From NCBI RefSeq assembly GCF_036321535.1, contig NC_087472.1, positions 92,692,001 to 92,756,000 on the forward strand: a DNA stretch of 64,000 bases, in the 5' to 3' direction. This DNA comes from Camelus dromedarius. Taxonomy: Eukaryota. Shown here piece after piece: positions 49,316-63,214 of the stretch. How positions within the stretch are numbered: position 1 is the first letter of the stretch; the number at the start of each line of letters is the position of its first letter. A program made the position numbers and the translations under genes. The notes under the pieces are model-generated. The model was given only the letters and a program-made list of their open reading frames with translations, had not been told where the DNA came from and did not search any database.

Positions 49316-51950
49316 AAGCTATTTATGACAAACCCACAGGCAGCACAATACTCAACGGTGAAAAGCTGAAAGCCTTCCCACTAAAATCTGGAATAAGACA
49401 AGGATGCCCACTCTCACCACTTCTGTTCAACAGAGTATTGGAAGTCCTAGTCACAGCAATCAGGCAAGAAAAAGAAATAAAAGGGATGCAAATTGGAAGA
49501 GAAGAAGTAAAACCGTCCCTATAAGCAGATGAAATGATACTATATATAGAAAATCGTAAAAGCTCACACAAAAACTACTAGAGCCAATAACATAATTTGG
49601 TAAGGTAGCAGGATATAAGATTAATATCCAGGAATCAGTTGCATTTCTTTTTTTTTTAGTAAGTATTAAAATAGTTTATTGCTTCACAGCCAATAAAAAG
49701 AGCCCATCTTATTTACAGTACAACTAAAAATTGATCTTTAAAGATTATGTTTGAATCTTGGTACAAATGTGTGTTCTCAATTTAATGAAATAAGTTATTG
49801 AGTTTCCTCTAATAAGGTTAGTTACTATATTTTTATTTTAAAAACATAAACATGAATACTGATTGGCTTAATAAAAACTGGAAACAACCTAACTGGCCAT
49901 TCACAGGGGACTGATTAAATAGAACTATCATATAGTATTTATAAAATGAGGTAGAGCAATGTTCTACATAGAAAGATCTCTAAGACTTAGTGAGTTGAAT
50001 TTCTTTACACTAACAATGAAATATCAGAAAAAGAGAGTAAAGAAACCATCTCTTTTAAAATCTCATCCAGAAAAATAAAATACTTAGGAATAAATCTGAC
50101 CAAGGAGGTGAAAGACTTACACATGGAGACCTACAAAACACTGATTAAGGAAATTAAAGATGACTTAAAGAAATGGAAAGATATCCCATGCTCTTGGACT
50201 GGAAGAATCAATATTGTTAAAATGGCCATACTGCCCAAGGCAATCTACAGATTTAATGTGATTCCTATCAAATTACCCACAACATTTTTCACAGAACAAG
50301 GACAAATAATCCTAAAATGTATATGGAATCACAAAAGACCCACAATTGCCAAAGCGATACTGAAGACAAAGAAAGAAGCTAGAGAAAAAACCCTCACAGA
50401 TTTCAGAAAATACTATAGAGCTACAGTAATCAAAACAGCATGCTATTGGTACAAAAACAGACATGTGGATCAATGGAACAGAATAGAGAGCCCAGAAATA
50501 AATCCACAGACTTATGTTCAATTAATCTTTGACAAAGGAGACAAGAATATACAATGGAGAAAAGACAGTCTCTCTACAGCAAGTGGTGGTGGGAAAATTG
50601 GATAGCAGCATGTAAATCAATGAAGTTAGAATACTCCCTCACACTATATACAAAAATAAACTCAAAATGGCTTAAAGACTTAAACATAAGATAAGACACT
50701 ATAAAACTCTTGGAAGAAAAAATAGGTAAGACATTTTCTGACATAAATCTCAGCAATGTTCTCCTAGGGCAGTCTACCCAGGCAATAGAAATAAAAGCAA
50801 AAATAAATGAATGGGATCTAATTAAACTTATAAGCTTTGGCACAGCAAAGGAAACCATAAGCAAAACAAAATGACAACCTATGGAATCGGAAAAAATATT
50901 TGCAAATGTGACTGACAAAGGCTTAATTACCAGAATATATAAACAGCTCATACAACTTAATAACAAAAACAAACAACCCAATCCATTAACGGGCAGAAGA
51001 CCTAAACAAGCAATTCTCCAGTGAAGACATACAAATGGCCAATAGGCACATGAAAAAATGCTCAATATCACTAATTATCAGAAATGCAAATCAAAACTAC
51101 AATGAGGTATCACCTCACACCAGTCAAAATGACCATCATTCAAAAATCCACAAATGACAAATGCTGGAGAGGGTGTGGAGAAAAAGGAACTCTCCTATAC
51201 TGTTGGTGGGAATGTAGTTTGGTGCAGCTGTTATGGAAAACACTATGGAGATCCCTCAAAAAACTAAAAATAGACTTACCCTATGATCCAGCAATCCCAC
51301 TCCTGGGCGTATATCTGGCGGGAACTCTAATTCAAAAAGATACATGCACCCCAATGTTCACAGCAACACCATATACAATAGCCAAGACATGGGAACAACC
51401 TAAATGTTGATCAACAGGTTATTGGATAAAGAAGCTTTGGTATATTTATACAATGGAATACTACCCAAAAAAAAAAAAAGAATAAAATAATGCCATTTGC
51501 AGCAACTTGGATGGAACCTGGAGATCGTCATTCTAAGTGAATGAAGTAAGCCAGAAAGAGAAAGAAAAATACCATATGATATCACTCATATGTGGAATCT
51601 AAAAAAAAGAAAAAAAGAATACATTAATGAACTCATCTACAAAACAGAAACAGACTAGCAGACATAGTAAACAATCTTATGGTTACCTAGGGGAAAGTAG
51701 GTGGAAAGCAATAAATTTGGGAGTTTGAGATTTGAAAATATTAACTACTGTATATAAAAATAGATAAAAAACAAATTTCTTCTGTATAGCACAAGGAACT
51801 ATATTCAGTATCTTGTAATAACCTTTAATGAAAAAGAATATGAAAGTGAATATATGTATGTATATGTATGACTGGACCATTATGCTGTACACCAGAAACC
51901 GACACATTGTAACCAATTATACTTCTATTAAAAATAATAATAAAAATAAA
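49316..51950 (+). mobile_element. 5'-truncated young L1 (RT to 3'UTR)
   Basis: ORF2 fragments highly similar to 2150-4540, with an A-rich tail at ~51930-51950. Confidence 0.97.
49651..49992 (-). other. Orphan polyadenylated retrocopy inserted in L1 ORF2
   Basis: Poly-T, AATAAA on the minus strand (tttatt 49675-49680), non-L1 body. 14-bp TSD agttgcatttcttt / agttgaatttcttt. Confidence 0.85.
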
Positions 51951-52399
51951 ATTCCCCAAACTGCAAAAAAAGCTCTATAGCTCAAGAATAGTGTTATTTA
52001 AAAATAGTATTATTAAAGAGTTGACACTTGAAGGCTATCAAACTGTACATGATGCCACTAGACAATTTCATTAAGAACTACATCTCTTTTTTTCTCAAGG
52101 AAACATGGTATCTCAATCAAATAACATGTTCTTTCCTCACTATAGCCCAGTTGAGCCACAGTTTCAAAAACATGAAAACATTTAATCCTAAAAATTCAAA
52201 TAATCTATGCGAAAGAAAATTATCTGCAGATAAAATACTTTTTAAATTAGAGATTCTTCTTCATGAGAATTAAAGAGTCAAATAGCTCTATGGAAGTCCA
52301 TTAATCTCATATCTTCTTGGAGGGATTTTAACAATACAAAGGTAAGTAAGTGACCATGTCTTAAAATAAGAATGAATACCTACAACAGCTAACCCAGAC

Positions 52400-52715
52400 C
52401 CTAAGGGAGCCTAGCTAAGACGAGGTAGATTTTGGTCTAGAATGATCTTACTCATGTCTGACAGTTGGCCAGCTGTTGGCTAAGATGAGTCAGCCACATG
52501 CCTCTCATCATCTCCAGGTGGCAGGGTTTCAAGAAAACACCTGGAACCATTCAAGGTCTCCTGAGGCTTAAGCTTAGAAAAGGCATAATGTCAGTTTTAC
52601 CACATTCTATTCATCCAAGCAAATCACAAAGCCAGGTCACAACCAAGAGGTAGGAAAGTAAATTCCACCTCTTGAAGGGAGAAGATGAAAAGACATCGCA
52701 AATGGGTGTAGATGA
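52400..52715 (-). mobile_element. MaLR LTR fragment (MLT1J/K-like)
   Basis: accacattctattcatccaagcaaatcacaaagccagg...attccacctcttgaagggaga. Confidence 0.65.
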
Positions 52716-55700
52716 TGGCAGTGGGTGAAGGGGGTGGTGTCACTAAGGCTGGAGCAAGTGAGTGTGTGTTAGTATATGAGGTCACAGGGGTAGGCAGGGA
52801 GAAGATCAATAGTGGAAGTGGGGAGAGCAGCTAAGAGGCTATTGAAACAATCCAGCAGAGAAATCAAATCATTGATTTTCAAGGAACAAACTCCCAATAC
52901 ACACTGCCTGACAAAAATTTCATCCTAATGAGCAAGCATCTGAAACACACTCTCAACATCTTGTATTTTCATGTTCTCATCCCTTTGTTCTTACCACCAA
53001 GCAAGGTTTAGTTTTTTTAGCATGGCAAGTTATGGAATTAAAAAAATAAACTAAGTAAAATTTGAAAGTGTAGCAATTCCTTCAATTAATTCTTACTTTA
53101 CATAATATGTTCTTTAAACTTCAAAGGTACATATAAATTTGAGGTATCGTCACTGTTTTCAGAAAATCCAAAGATTCAAGTTATAAAAAATATCTACAAT
53201 AAATGATTCACTAAACAATCTAGTGACAAGGAAATTAACCACTGAAAGAACAACAGAAACATAGCAAACTGTCCATAATGATGAAAGTCATAAACTTGAC
53301 AGCTAGCACATGCAACAGCAACATGCTTTAATGGATGGTACTTGAACCATTTCAAGCTTTTTTTAAAAAACAGATTCACCTATCTTTTACTTTCAGTTCA
53401 TTAATTATACAAGCAAATGATCTCCAGTACCTTATATATTTTTCCTTTATGGTTACAGAAGATATGTCACATTCTTAAAAAAAAAATTATAAGACAAAAA
53501 AATGTGTTGCATAACTAATCCCCAGATCCTTGAACTTTAACAGGAAAAAGGAGAAATTTTAACTTTATCCATAAACATAAACCTGAGAATTAGTCAAGCT
53601 GAAAAAAAAATGGTAAATAAGAAAGTTCTGTAATGTGCTTGCCTTTCTAGTAACCCATGTCTTTATTGTCTCAACCTTTTCTGTCTGTGATTCAGAAGCA
53701 ACCTTGAGAGGTCATCAAGATCACACCAATGTTTGTCTTTAAACAGAATCATACTGTATGAAGCAAAAACAAAAATAAAAACAAACCAAGAAAAAGAGCC
53801 CTGTTTTAAAAGTTCAGTAGAACAAAATTCTGTAACTCACTTTGGAAAAACTTATCCCAATAATTCTCATCACCAAATGACTGAACTTATTCATTTTCTA
53901 TCAATTTATACTTCCAAGGTTCTATTAAGGAGGGAAAGACATAAGCTTTATAATACAGTACATTTAATCCGTGATTTCACTCATTCAACATTGTGTGTGT
54001 CCACGATATGCAAAGCTCGGTATGTATGGATTAAAAATAATGTGATAATTAGGGGACAAGAGAATGGAACATTTGCTGATTGTCTGCCGTGTGTTAGACT
54101 GTGTTGTGGGTGCATTTTAATTTCTTATGGAAACCAACAGAAGTTCAGCAGTTCAGTAAATTACCCAAGGTCACAGATAATATTTTAGCAGAGCCTAGAT
54201 TAGAGCACAGAATTAATTACACAATGTAACACCTATACTTTTTTCCACTATACCATATTTTTAAAAACATGTCAGACGGTTCATTAAAAAGGTAATAAAA
54301 TTATTTTTACAGAATCTTTCAAATTATGTTTTTACATTCACACCATAACACATACCCCACAACTCTTGTTACTTCAGTCTAGGCTCCACACTTGCCACGA
54401 CCCCTCAAATAACACAAGCATAACACATTAATCTTTGAAGTACAAAAACAGTTAAATATACAAGACTCCAAATCATGGCTAAAACCCTTTAAAATCTTTC
54501 TAATAATTGAATATCATGGGAGCAGTGACAAACCAAAGTAAGCCATTAAGATTATGCTATCAGCTGGGAAAGGTCTGTTGTCCTTGAATTTATCCTCACA
54601 TTATCCACTTTCGAGTCCTACAGCCACTGCAGCTCATTGGTATGTCCAGAACTTACAATTTAGCTAAATCCCATCACTATATCATTATACATCATTTTAT
54701 TTCCATATTCATAATTATCTCTACTGAAATATGTAGTCAAATTTAAAAGTGTCTAAAGTTAAGTAAATACAACTCTTTAGTAATGCTTTTAACTCTTAAG
54801 TAATCTACAAACCAATCCTAGACAAAAAACACTACACAGAAACCAATGATACCAGATTTGGCCTTTTGCCTGTCCTAGAAAAAAATATGTTTTATCTTAT
54901 ACACTTTAGACTTCCAGTTACTAGGTTTTATGTGATATATTCCAAAAATCACTCTCCCGGCAATTATGATGTGCACCAAAGGTGGAGAAACATGTTTTAG
55001 ATGATGACTGTTAACTTAATTGTCGTTTCTTTCCTTTCTAATTTACACCAGAAATATAGAAGTTTGTGAGCATAAGGCTTTTCTCTGTTTATGAACCAAA
55101 TTTAGTCAAAGTATTCTTAGCAATACTCTACAAAGATATAAATATCTATTGTTTTACCTTGTTTATCTTCTACTAATTTTATTTTTGCATTAAAAAGCTT
55201 TTAGTATTATCTCTAAAATGTGCCTGTGTACTTTCTAACTTTAAATCTGTAATACGTAATTCTTGGTGATCAGTTTAATCTATGAGTTGGAGTTTCCTTA
55301 TGCAAATTATCCTGTTAAATTATGCATTTTGGTATAGTACTTATAAGAAGTTTTCAATATCCCAGTCATAAAAGGCTTTGTGGTGAACATAATAAGTGTA
55401 AATGTATCTACTGTTAGACTATTGGAATATTAAGTACTGCATACTTTGCTGCAGTAAAAATTGGAAAAGACATTGCAGAAAGATTTATAGTTTCCCTTCA
55501 AGCTTAGGATATTAGAATATTCAAAAAGTCACATCCTGACAAACATTGATAATATTTTTCATATTATACTGAAAATTATTTTCCTCTGAAATCATCTGCC
55601 CACATTCAAGATTTAATATTCAGTATGTGTAATGTTACACTGAAGTAAATTTGTTCAGAAACAGAACTATTGCACAAGAACACACACAAAACATATTTCC

Positions 55701-55757
55701 ATTGTAAATTCGGTTCTACGTCTATTGCCATTAAGAAGTTGATTTGGGGAACATAAC

Positions 55758-55841
55758 CTAAGGTTTCCCCACAGCTCCTATTACTACTGTTATCTGTCTC
55801 GTTCCAGCTTCCCAATGGGATCACCTCCGAAACTAAAATCA
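55758..55841 (-). pseudogene. Candidate exon (84 nt, phase 1 to 1): ILVSEVIPLGSWNETDNSSNRSCGETL
   Basis: Very strong acceptor ttctcttttttccatttcttaacttccag, donor TAG|gttatg, open frame. Confidence 0.4.
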
Positions 55842-56486
55842 CTGGAAGTTAAGAAATGGAAAAAAGAGAAGGTCCAAAGATATACTACTTCATATTCAGA
55901 GAATTAATAAAGAAGTATATATTTATGATAAAATTCATTTTAAGTGCTATTTCCCCCAACACATAAAAATAAAATCTCTAAACAGGGTATATGTGTATAT
56001 ATAATTCTTTAAAAGTTTTAGTTTTTAAAAAAATGTGTTTACTGGTGAAATCTGCATAAGGTCTGTATCAAGTTAATAGTACTGTACCCAAGTCAATTTC
56101 CTGGTTTTGACAGTGTATGATAGTTATATAAAATGTTATCATCAGAGGAAAACAGGTGAAGGGCACAGGGGTAACATTAGTATTTTTGCAACTTCTTTGA
56201 GTACTGTATTATTTCAAAATAATAAGCTTAAAATGTGTTTTGTGAAATTTACTCCTATATAAAATTGCTTTCACACTTTCTCTTGCTTTAAAATTCTATA
56301 TCCATAAGTCTTCTTCAGATGATAAATAATCAGGTTTCCAATACCCAAAATCATTTTGGTGCAAAAAGATGTAACTAGCACTTCTTAATTTGTGTGGCAT
56401 TTTTTTCCTTTTCTCTCAAAGCAACTCTCATGAGCAAGTATTTCGTAGTTTTAAACTCTACTGTATTTTTTTAAATGCCCGTTTAC

Positions 56487-56609
56487 TTGGTGGGCCTTTT
56501 CAGATTTATTTAATGAAGGTAATTGATGTCATCATTTCTTCCTCATATTTTCCTAAGAAGTTAATTCCCGCAAGCTCTCTTCAAGTGAAACAGTTTCAAT
56601 CTCAGTTTC
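56487..56609 (-). pseudogene. Candidate pseudo-exon (123 nt): ETEIETVSLEESLRELTS*ENMRKK**HQLPSLNKSEKAHQ
   Basis: Acceptor gacttatcttcataag, donor CAA|gtaaac, 3 stops. Confidence 0.3.
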
Positions 56610-59600
56610 CTTATGAAGATAAGTCATTGAAATATGCAATATAAAAAATAAAATATTCCTCCATTTAAACAGAGGAATCATAAGTTACATAAACATACAC
56701 CGACACAAAATTTGCCAGCTTTTTGTCATCATCATTATATATCAATCTTGCCTCAACTTGATGTTTAGACACGGCTTATAGCTCTCACTGTCAACATGGA
56801 CTTGCTCCATATCTTGAACACTGTAGTTGTTCAGTAAAAAATTTTACACACAATTTGGTATTATCTTTAATTAAAAGTAGCTACTATTTTAGAATATTAT
56901 TTCAAAATTGTTCCTGATTATTTATAAGTTGCATAACTATCTTGGATGACACTTCATAGCAATATTTTAAGTCCATCTTAATACAAATAAAATGCATTTC
57001 ATTAATTTTTAATAATTAAGACAATCTTATAATGTTGTAAATATAAGAAAATATATGGGTAAATTAACTTTACTTCTAAGCGTATTTTCATTTACAGTGT
57101 ATTCTGCCTACTGCTAATATATGTGCTAATATATAAGATTAAATTTTAGAATTATTAAAATTCAGTAAAATATTTCATTTATGACCTAAAATTTTCATTT
57201 CCAAAAAAATTCCACCTAATTTGTAGTCTGTTTCACTGTTTTAAAACTTAAGCACACATATAACTACACAGTGGTCACATAAAATATAGCAAGATAGAAG
57301 GAGGAACCCAAGTTCTTTTTCCTCCCCTTCATAACCAATGTGCTATCTTGGTTTATTTCAAATCTCCTGTTTAAATGCAGGATTATTTAGTAACACAGGA
57401 ACTGGAAACACGAACTCCATCTGAAACAAGTGCTAACAATTTGAATCTTTTATAAATTTACTCTCAAAATGAACATGTATAGCTGAGTGTGCATGTGTCA
57501 GGGCTACCTGTCTAGCTGGGAGTTCTCCAAATAAACTTCTGGGTTGAATTCAATGTTTATTTGAGCATATAAGTAATAAATGGGTGTTCATTTGAAGCTC
57601 ATGTATATATTATTGAACATTGATCACAACTGCAGCAATTATTTAGAGTTTAGGAAAAAAATATCCTTCAAGGAGTCATTTATCACTGCCATTGTTTGGA
57701 ATTGTCAGGTCACAGTAATAATAAAGAAGCAGACCAAAAAACTGAGCTGGTTTTATTAATGTTTTACAGAAAAGCACCCCACTTTATTTCCTTTACTGAG
57801 GTCCTTCACCCAGCCTTGGTATTCGACAGTATACTGAACCATATACTCTTTCCTCAAAGGACCACATTCATTTCTCTTCTCCTCACCTTTGCTTTCTCTA
57901 TTGTTTGTTTGGGGAATACTCATCCCTTTCACCTCTCATTATTTCCAGCTGTCAAAAGCTGATTTCTCATCTTTGTTCAAGTTGTTCAAATACTAGAACC
58001 CAAGGATTAGATTCTGTGTAGTGTTGTGGAAAGTACACTGAATAGGGAATTACAAGACCTAACTTCTGGCACCTCCTGTCAAAAACAATACACTCCATTG
58101 CTTACCAGATGTGCAAGCTCTCTGGGCCTCGGTTTCTAGAACTGAGGGTTTACACGAGATAGATTCTAAGACTGCTTCCAATTCTTTGAAAATGGCAGTT
58201 CTGTGATATGGTATCTATCCTTAAAATAGTTTTCTCTCTTTATTTCCACACAGTAACTAATTGTGTGGAAATAATAATTAAATTCTTCCTAGAGAGATTT
58301 CAGGGAATTTGGGTTTCTGGTGGTGAAGCAGAACTAAAAAGTGGAATCCATGAATACTGAGGATACATAATCTACATTTGGTGGTTTGATGGAGACAATA
58401 ACACCTAAGAAAATACTTCATTGGTGAGAGGAGATCCAAACTCAATCAAAAAGAACAGCAGTTTGCAAGCAGCAAGAGATGGGACCTCAAGAAAGGAGGT
58501 GGTGCGTGGCGTTAGTATGTGGGAGAGGGAGGAACGGCAGCGGGCAGGAGTGTTGGAGAGGGAATTAGGAAAAAAAGATTAAAAGGTGATCAAATGGATG
58601 CCTGGTAAACCAAAGGCCTAGTAATCAAAATAAGTTTAAAAAACAAAAGTGACATGAGTTTTCCATCAGCTGTAGTAGCACTCAGTGAGAGAGCAGGGCC
58701 TTGTGATTCATCAGGCATAGCCTGCCTCCCTGGGAACTATCATAACCCTGTTATGTAGGAGTGGCACCTGTAACTCTAATCAATCATTTCAGCTCTTCTC
58801 AAACTACGTTTTATTTTCTTTAAAACAAAGAAACAAGTGCTTCCGGAAAATATTTTTTAAAGTGTTTATAGGGTTATAAGTAGGCCTTTTGTTCCCACTT
58901 CATGCCCTCTGTAAAAAAGCAAGGTTGGGACTTTGAAAACAGGGAGTGTCAGGCGTCCTCCTAGCTCAGGCTTAAGACATGAAAGCAGGTTTTGAAAACT
59001 GTATCGCACAGTAAGATGTAATCACACACCAAATTTCTATTCTAATAAATGAACCTCTCTAAGTTCAGCTTGTATCTTATTAAATAAGAAAGACTTATTA
59101 ACCATTCTTTAAAATCTACTTTTCCTACCCTCATCCCTATTTCCCTCTTCTTTGGTCTCTTTTTTTCCCCCAAGGAACAACCACAGGCAAAATTATTTAA
59201 TTTTCCCATTACTAAGTTTGGGGTAAGATACTATCAACCAGTAAAGTAGGCAAGAGACCTAAGAAAAGGGAAAATGAGATGTAATGCCAAGTAAGCAGCC
59301 TTTGAGTCATGATAATAATAACAGCTAAGCGTGGTGGTGGTGGTGGTGGTGACTGTGGTGAGAGCAACCAGGTACTGAAGGCGTTCCATGTGGTACCAAG
59401 TTTCTTAAGGATTTAAATCCCTTACTAGAAAATCTTGAGTTTCCTTCTTGGAGATATGTGATATTGGTGAAACATCAACCTCCTTTATTTGAAGCTTTGC
59501 ATCAGCTATGAAAATTAAAAATATAAAAAGAAACACGATTTATTTACCACATTGTAATACTTTGCACAGCACCATCAAACAGGCCCTTTTCTTTCTAAAC

Positions 59601-60909
59601 CAGTTTAAATGGCCTATTTTCCTCTTAGCCCCCCAACTTCATAAAAAGAAGTGAATTAATATCTCACAATTCAAGCAAATCACTTCAATTTTATTTAGTT
59701 TTAGCTTCTATTAGTGTGTGTTTATATGTGTGGCATACACACACACATGCAAACTGGGAAGGCATTTTTTAACTTTTGAGCCCTTTGGCATACTTCCTGG
59801 AAGTCTCAGTAATGACTATAGTTACTCTTAATTGCCTTCAACACACTTACATGAATGCTACATTCAGTTGAATTATTTCCTGGATTCCCTCTAATTAATC
59901 TGATAGCAGCTGTTTTAAGGCCTGTGCTGATTAACAGTTGCAAGACAGCTAAATGCCTAGCACAAGAAAAGCTCTGTGAAGCATACGTATGTTCATCCAC
60001 ATAATTTTGTCTTTTAAGCATCAACGTTTCCAAGAGGATCTTCTATTTTTAGTTAACTGTATTATTTGTTTATATAACTCAAATGATTTCACCCTAATAT
60101 ACTGAAATATCACCTCAATGCATTTAATAAATAACCTAATAGATACAATGGGACTTAAACATTTCAAAAAATAAATATAAGAACATGTTTTAAAGATTTA
60201 AATAACACTAAAAGAAAACAACAACTGAGGAGGTATTACAGTATGTATCTGTACTAGTTTCCTTGTCCTGGTTCAGAAAATACACATGGATTAAAAAATT
60301 TAAAAATAAAATAAAGTAAAAAAAAATAAAAATAATTCTGGAAGCATGTGTATTTAAAATAAACTTTAAAAGCAGAAAATATACATGATACATTATATAA
60401 GTGACTTTACTCAAAGTAAAGTGCTACTAGGAATACTTTTAAGATCGAACTATACATACTTGATATTTTATTCCTTTGGACCACAAATGGCAATTTGATG
60501 CGTTTCAGACATATGTTCAGCTTAAATAACCACAATTGATTGGTATTTTCTGTAATTAGCAATTTTAGGCTATGTTTTGCAATTAGAAAATTAAAGATCA
60601 GCTTCTACCATTCCTCTATAAAAGCATTCAAAACAAGAGATTTCTTAAGACACTGAAGGCAGACCTCATAGTTTAGCATAGTCCTCCTCTCTATCCTGGT
60701 TTTCAGCCAATCCATGTAATTCCTGCCTAATTCATATTCCTTCAGGTCACCCAGCAAATGTCCTTCTTTCCTTGAGCTGTGCTATTTCTTCATGCAGCCT
60801 GGTATAACCCATTGGAATCCTTCAAGGTAAAGCTTAAAGCAACTTCCTCAAAAAGTTGTATCAAGATTCACAAACTCCCTCACATGTCTCTCTGCAGGAA
60901 GCATAAATA

Positions 60910-61152
60910 AGCTATCAGGGCTGACTGTAGGCCCACGAGAGGCAGCTGAGGGTCAGTTCCAGATCACTGCAGTGGGCAAGGTTTTCAGATATCTTGATTT
61001 CCTGGAGTATTCCAGAAATTAAGAATTTAATGTGTGATATACAGAGTTTTAAATGTTGGCAACAAACAGAATATAAATTCTAAACACTTTGGAGGTCTAA
61101 TAGTACACATCTGCTGACTGGCTTCTGCCTCTCAACATATTGTGGCCTCTGC
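60910..61152. mobile_element. MER103-like hAT element
   Basis: ttttaaatgttggcaac...aaacact...acacatctgc...gcctctg end motif. Confidence 0.55.
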
Positions 61153-61550
61153 CTCAAATAATCCTGAGCAGGAAGTAACCTCTACATGGTGGATTCAGCT
61201 AATCTGTACATAGACTACCTATGTACACTGTAGTACCAGGGTGTGTGTATACATCTCACTGGGGTTTGGCGTATAACAGAGTTCAGTAACTATTAACTAC
61301 TAGAAAGCAGCAGCCATAGTGTAATGCTTGACAAGACAAGAACTAGAATTCAAATCCCCACTTGGCCCCTCACTAGGTGTGTGAACTTAGGCAAGATGCT
61401 TATAGTCTAAAATTTGCAGTTTACTCCTCAGAGATAATATCATAATCTACCTACTTTATAGAACGGCTATGAGGAGTAACTAAGATAAAATGTGCACAAT
61501 ACTTAAGAAGGGGCCTAGCACAAGTTAACACATGTTAACTACCATTATGA

Positions 61551-61677
61551 TTATTATTATTCTTTTTTGGGGGGCGGTAATTAGGTTTATTTATGTTTTT
61601 AGAGGGGGTACTGGCAACTGAACCCAGGCCCTTGTGCATGCTAAGCATGTGCTCTACCATTTGAGCTATACCCTCCT
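61551..61677 (-). mobile_element. Second vic-1-like tRNA-Ala SINE (adjacent to a MIR at ~61310-61545)
   Basis: Reverse complement reads ggagggtatagctcaaatggtagagcacatgcttagcatgcacaagggcctgggttcag...aaacctaattaccgcccccc, the same family as 2544-2671. Confidence 0.9.
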
Positions 61678-61859
61678 CCACTATTCTTATTAGAAGTGTA
61701 CCATATGTGCATTTTATCACATAATACACACACATCTAACAAGTTTTTTTTAATCAAATTATAAGTATGCTTTCTATTCCCACTTCATGCCCCTTTTGAG
61801 AAATCACGGCCAAGACTTCTTTAAAACACTCTCAAACATGAAAATGCTCCCCACAAATT

Positions 61860-62240
61860 TCCATTCCAAGAGGATGAATAAAAATAGTTATGTATTTATG
61901 TGGAAAAATGCCATAAATACATACATACATACATACTGACATATACAAAGCATGGATCAGTTTCAAAAACATTACACTGACCAAAAGAAGCCAGACAGAA
62001 GAGATTACCTACTGTATAATTCTATGTATATGAAGCTCAGTAACAGTCAAATTGATACTAACAGAAATCAGAAGTAGGCTACTGCTGGTATGCAGGAATT
62101 GGCTGAAAGGGGCATGAGGGGAAGATATGGAGTGAAAGAAATGTAATCTCTTGATTAGGGTGTAAGTTATAGTTAGTAAAAGTAAAAAAAAAAAACACTT
62201 ACTTAAAGACATACCTTTTTTTAAGAAGAAACTTTCACCT
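61860..62240 (+). mobile_element. L1ME-type 3' fragment
   Basis: aaaagaagccagacag..tactgtataattctatgtatatgaagctca motif. Confidence 0.65.
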
Positions 62241-63214
62241 CAATACAAGAATTTAAAAAGTAATTACTGCCTAAGTATTTTCTTCATTTTCCTGAAAACA
62301 CCAACTTAATAGTAACATCAATGCATTTTTAAATTATAAAATAATATTTGAACCTACAAATACAATAAGTTCTTTAATCTCATTAAATTATATAAAGGTC
62401 ACAAATAGGTTTTTAAACAGGGTCTATTTCTCCTTCATTATTTGCTTATGTGAAATTTGGCGGGGCAAGGGGGAAGACCAATGGCTTTTTATGTCAATCT
62501 GCTATCACTTTTTTAAGTTATATGTTGCAGATAAACTCTATAGAATGCAGTTAAATCTTTAAAATTTTAAACGTATGATGGGGATCACCAAGAAACTCAA
62601 TGACATCTTAATATACAGCAAATATAAGTGTTTGAAACTACAATGAATTGGTATTGATCTAAAGGCATACTCTGGAAATTATTTTGAATAAAAAATAAAA
62701 TTATCAGACTTTCAAATGATTTTAATTCTCTAAAATACCATATAGAAGAAATAAATTATTTGTCTTCTAAATAAAGGTAACTCACTACAGTTTCCTGACA
62801 TAAAACTCTATGCCAAAATATTTATGGTTTAGACTTGACTCTTCTCAAGCTCAAATAAAATTGGAAGATTTTTTTCAGATCTTCTATTTCTAGTTCATTT
62901 TTACTGAATGACAACAGATGCTTGATTTTGGAAAGAAACCATTTTCAGGACCAAATGAATAACTATATTAACAGGATTCTGAAAAGAACATTTAGACAAA
63001 TTTCAAATCTTTACGTTAAAATGTACTAAGTAGGAGAAAACAATCAGCAAGTATAGTTCTTCAAATAATTAAATCCTGAACTTTTAAAAGTATGTCAAGT
63101 ATACCCTAATGTATTGGAATATTTTATAAACTGAAAGCACTAACAGATTTTTAAAATTAAGTATAAAGTGATAAAAACTGTTCAAAATATTGAATCATAA
63201 AGAAAATAAAAATA

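Larger units (their letters stand above)
4633..56609 (-). pseudogene. Putative decayed multi-exon (unitary) pseudogene of unknown identity
   Basis: More than 15 AG..GT-bounded segments in TE-free unique DNA. Nine consecutive ones splice in phase with few stops. Splice sites were picked by hand and no homology search was possible. Confidence 0.4.

Noticed and set aside
53733..54188. 151-aa plus ORF
   Set aside because: Non-ATG start, overlaps L2/MIR-derived sequence, and has no protein-like features.
4633..56609. Naming the putative gene (compared from memory with ATAD5, DNAH14, KIAA0825, MIPOL1, TOPAZ1, ANKAR, OFCC1, DDX60)
   Set aside because: None matched beyond chance short motifs, so no symbol was assigned.
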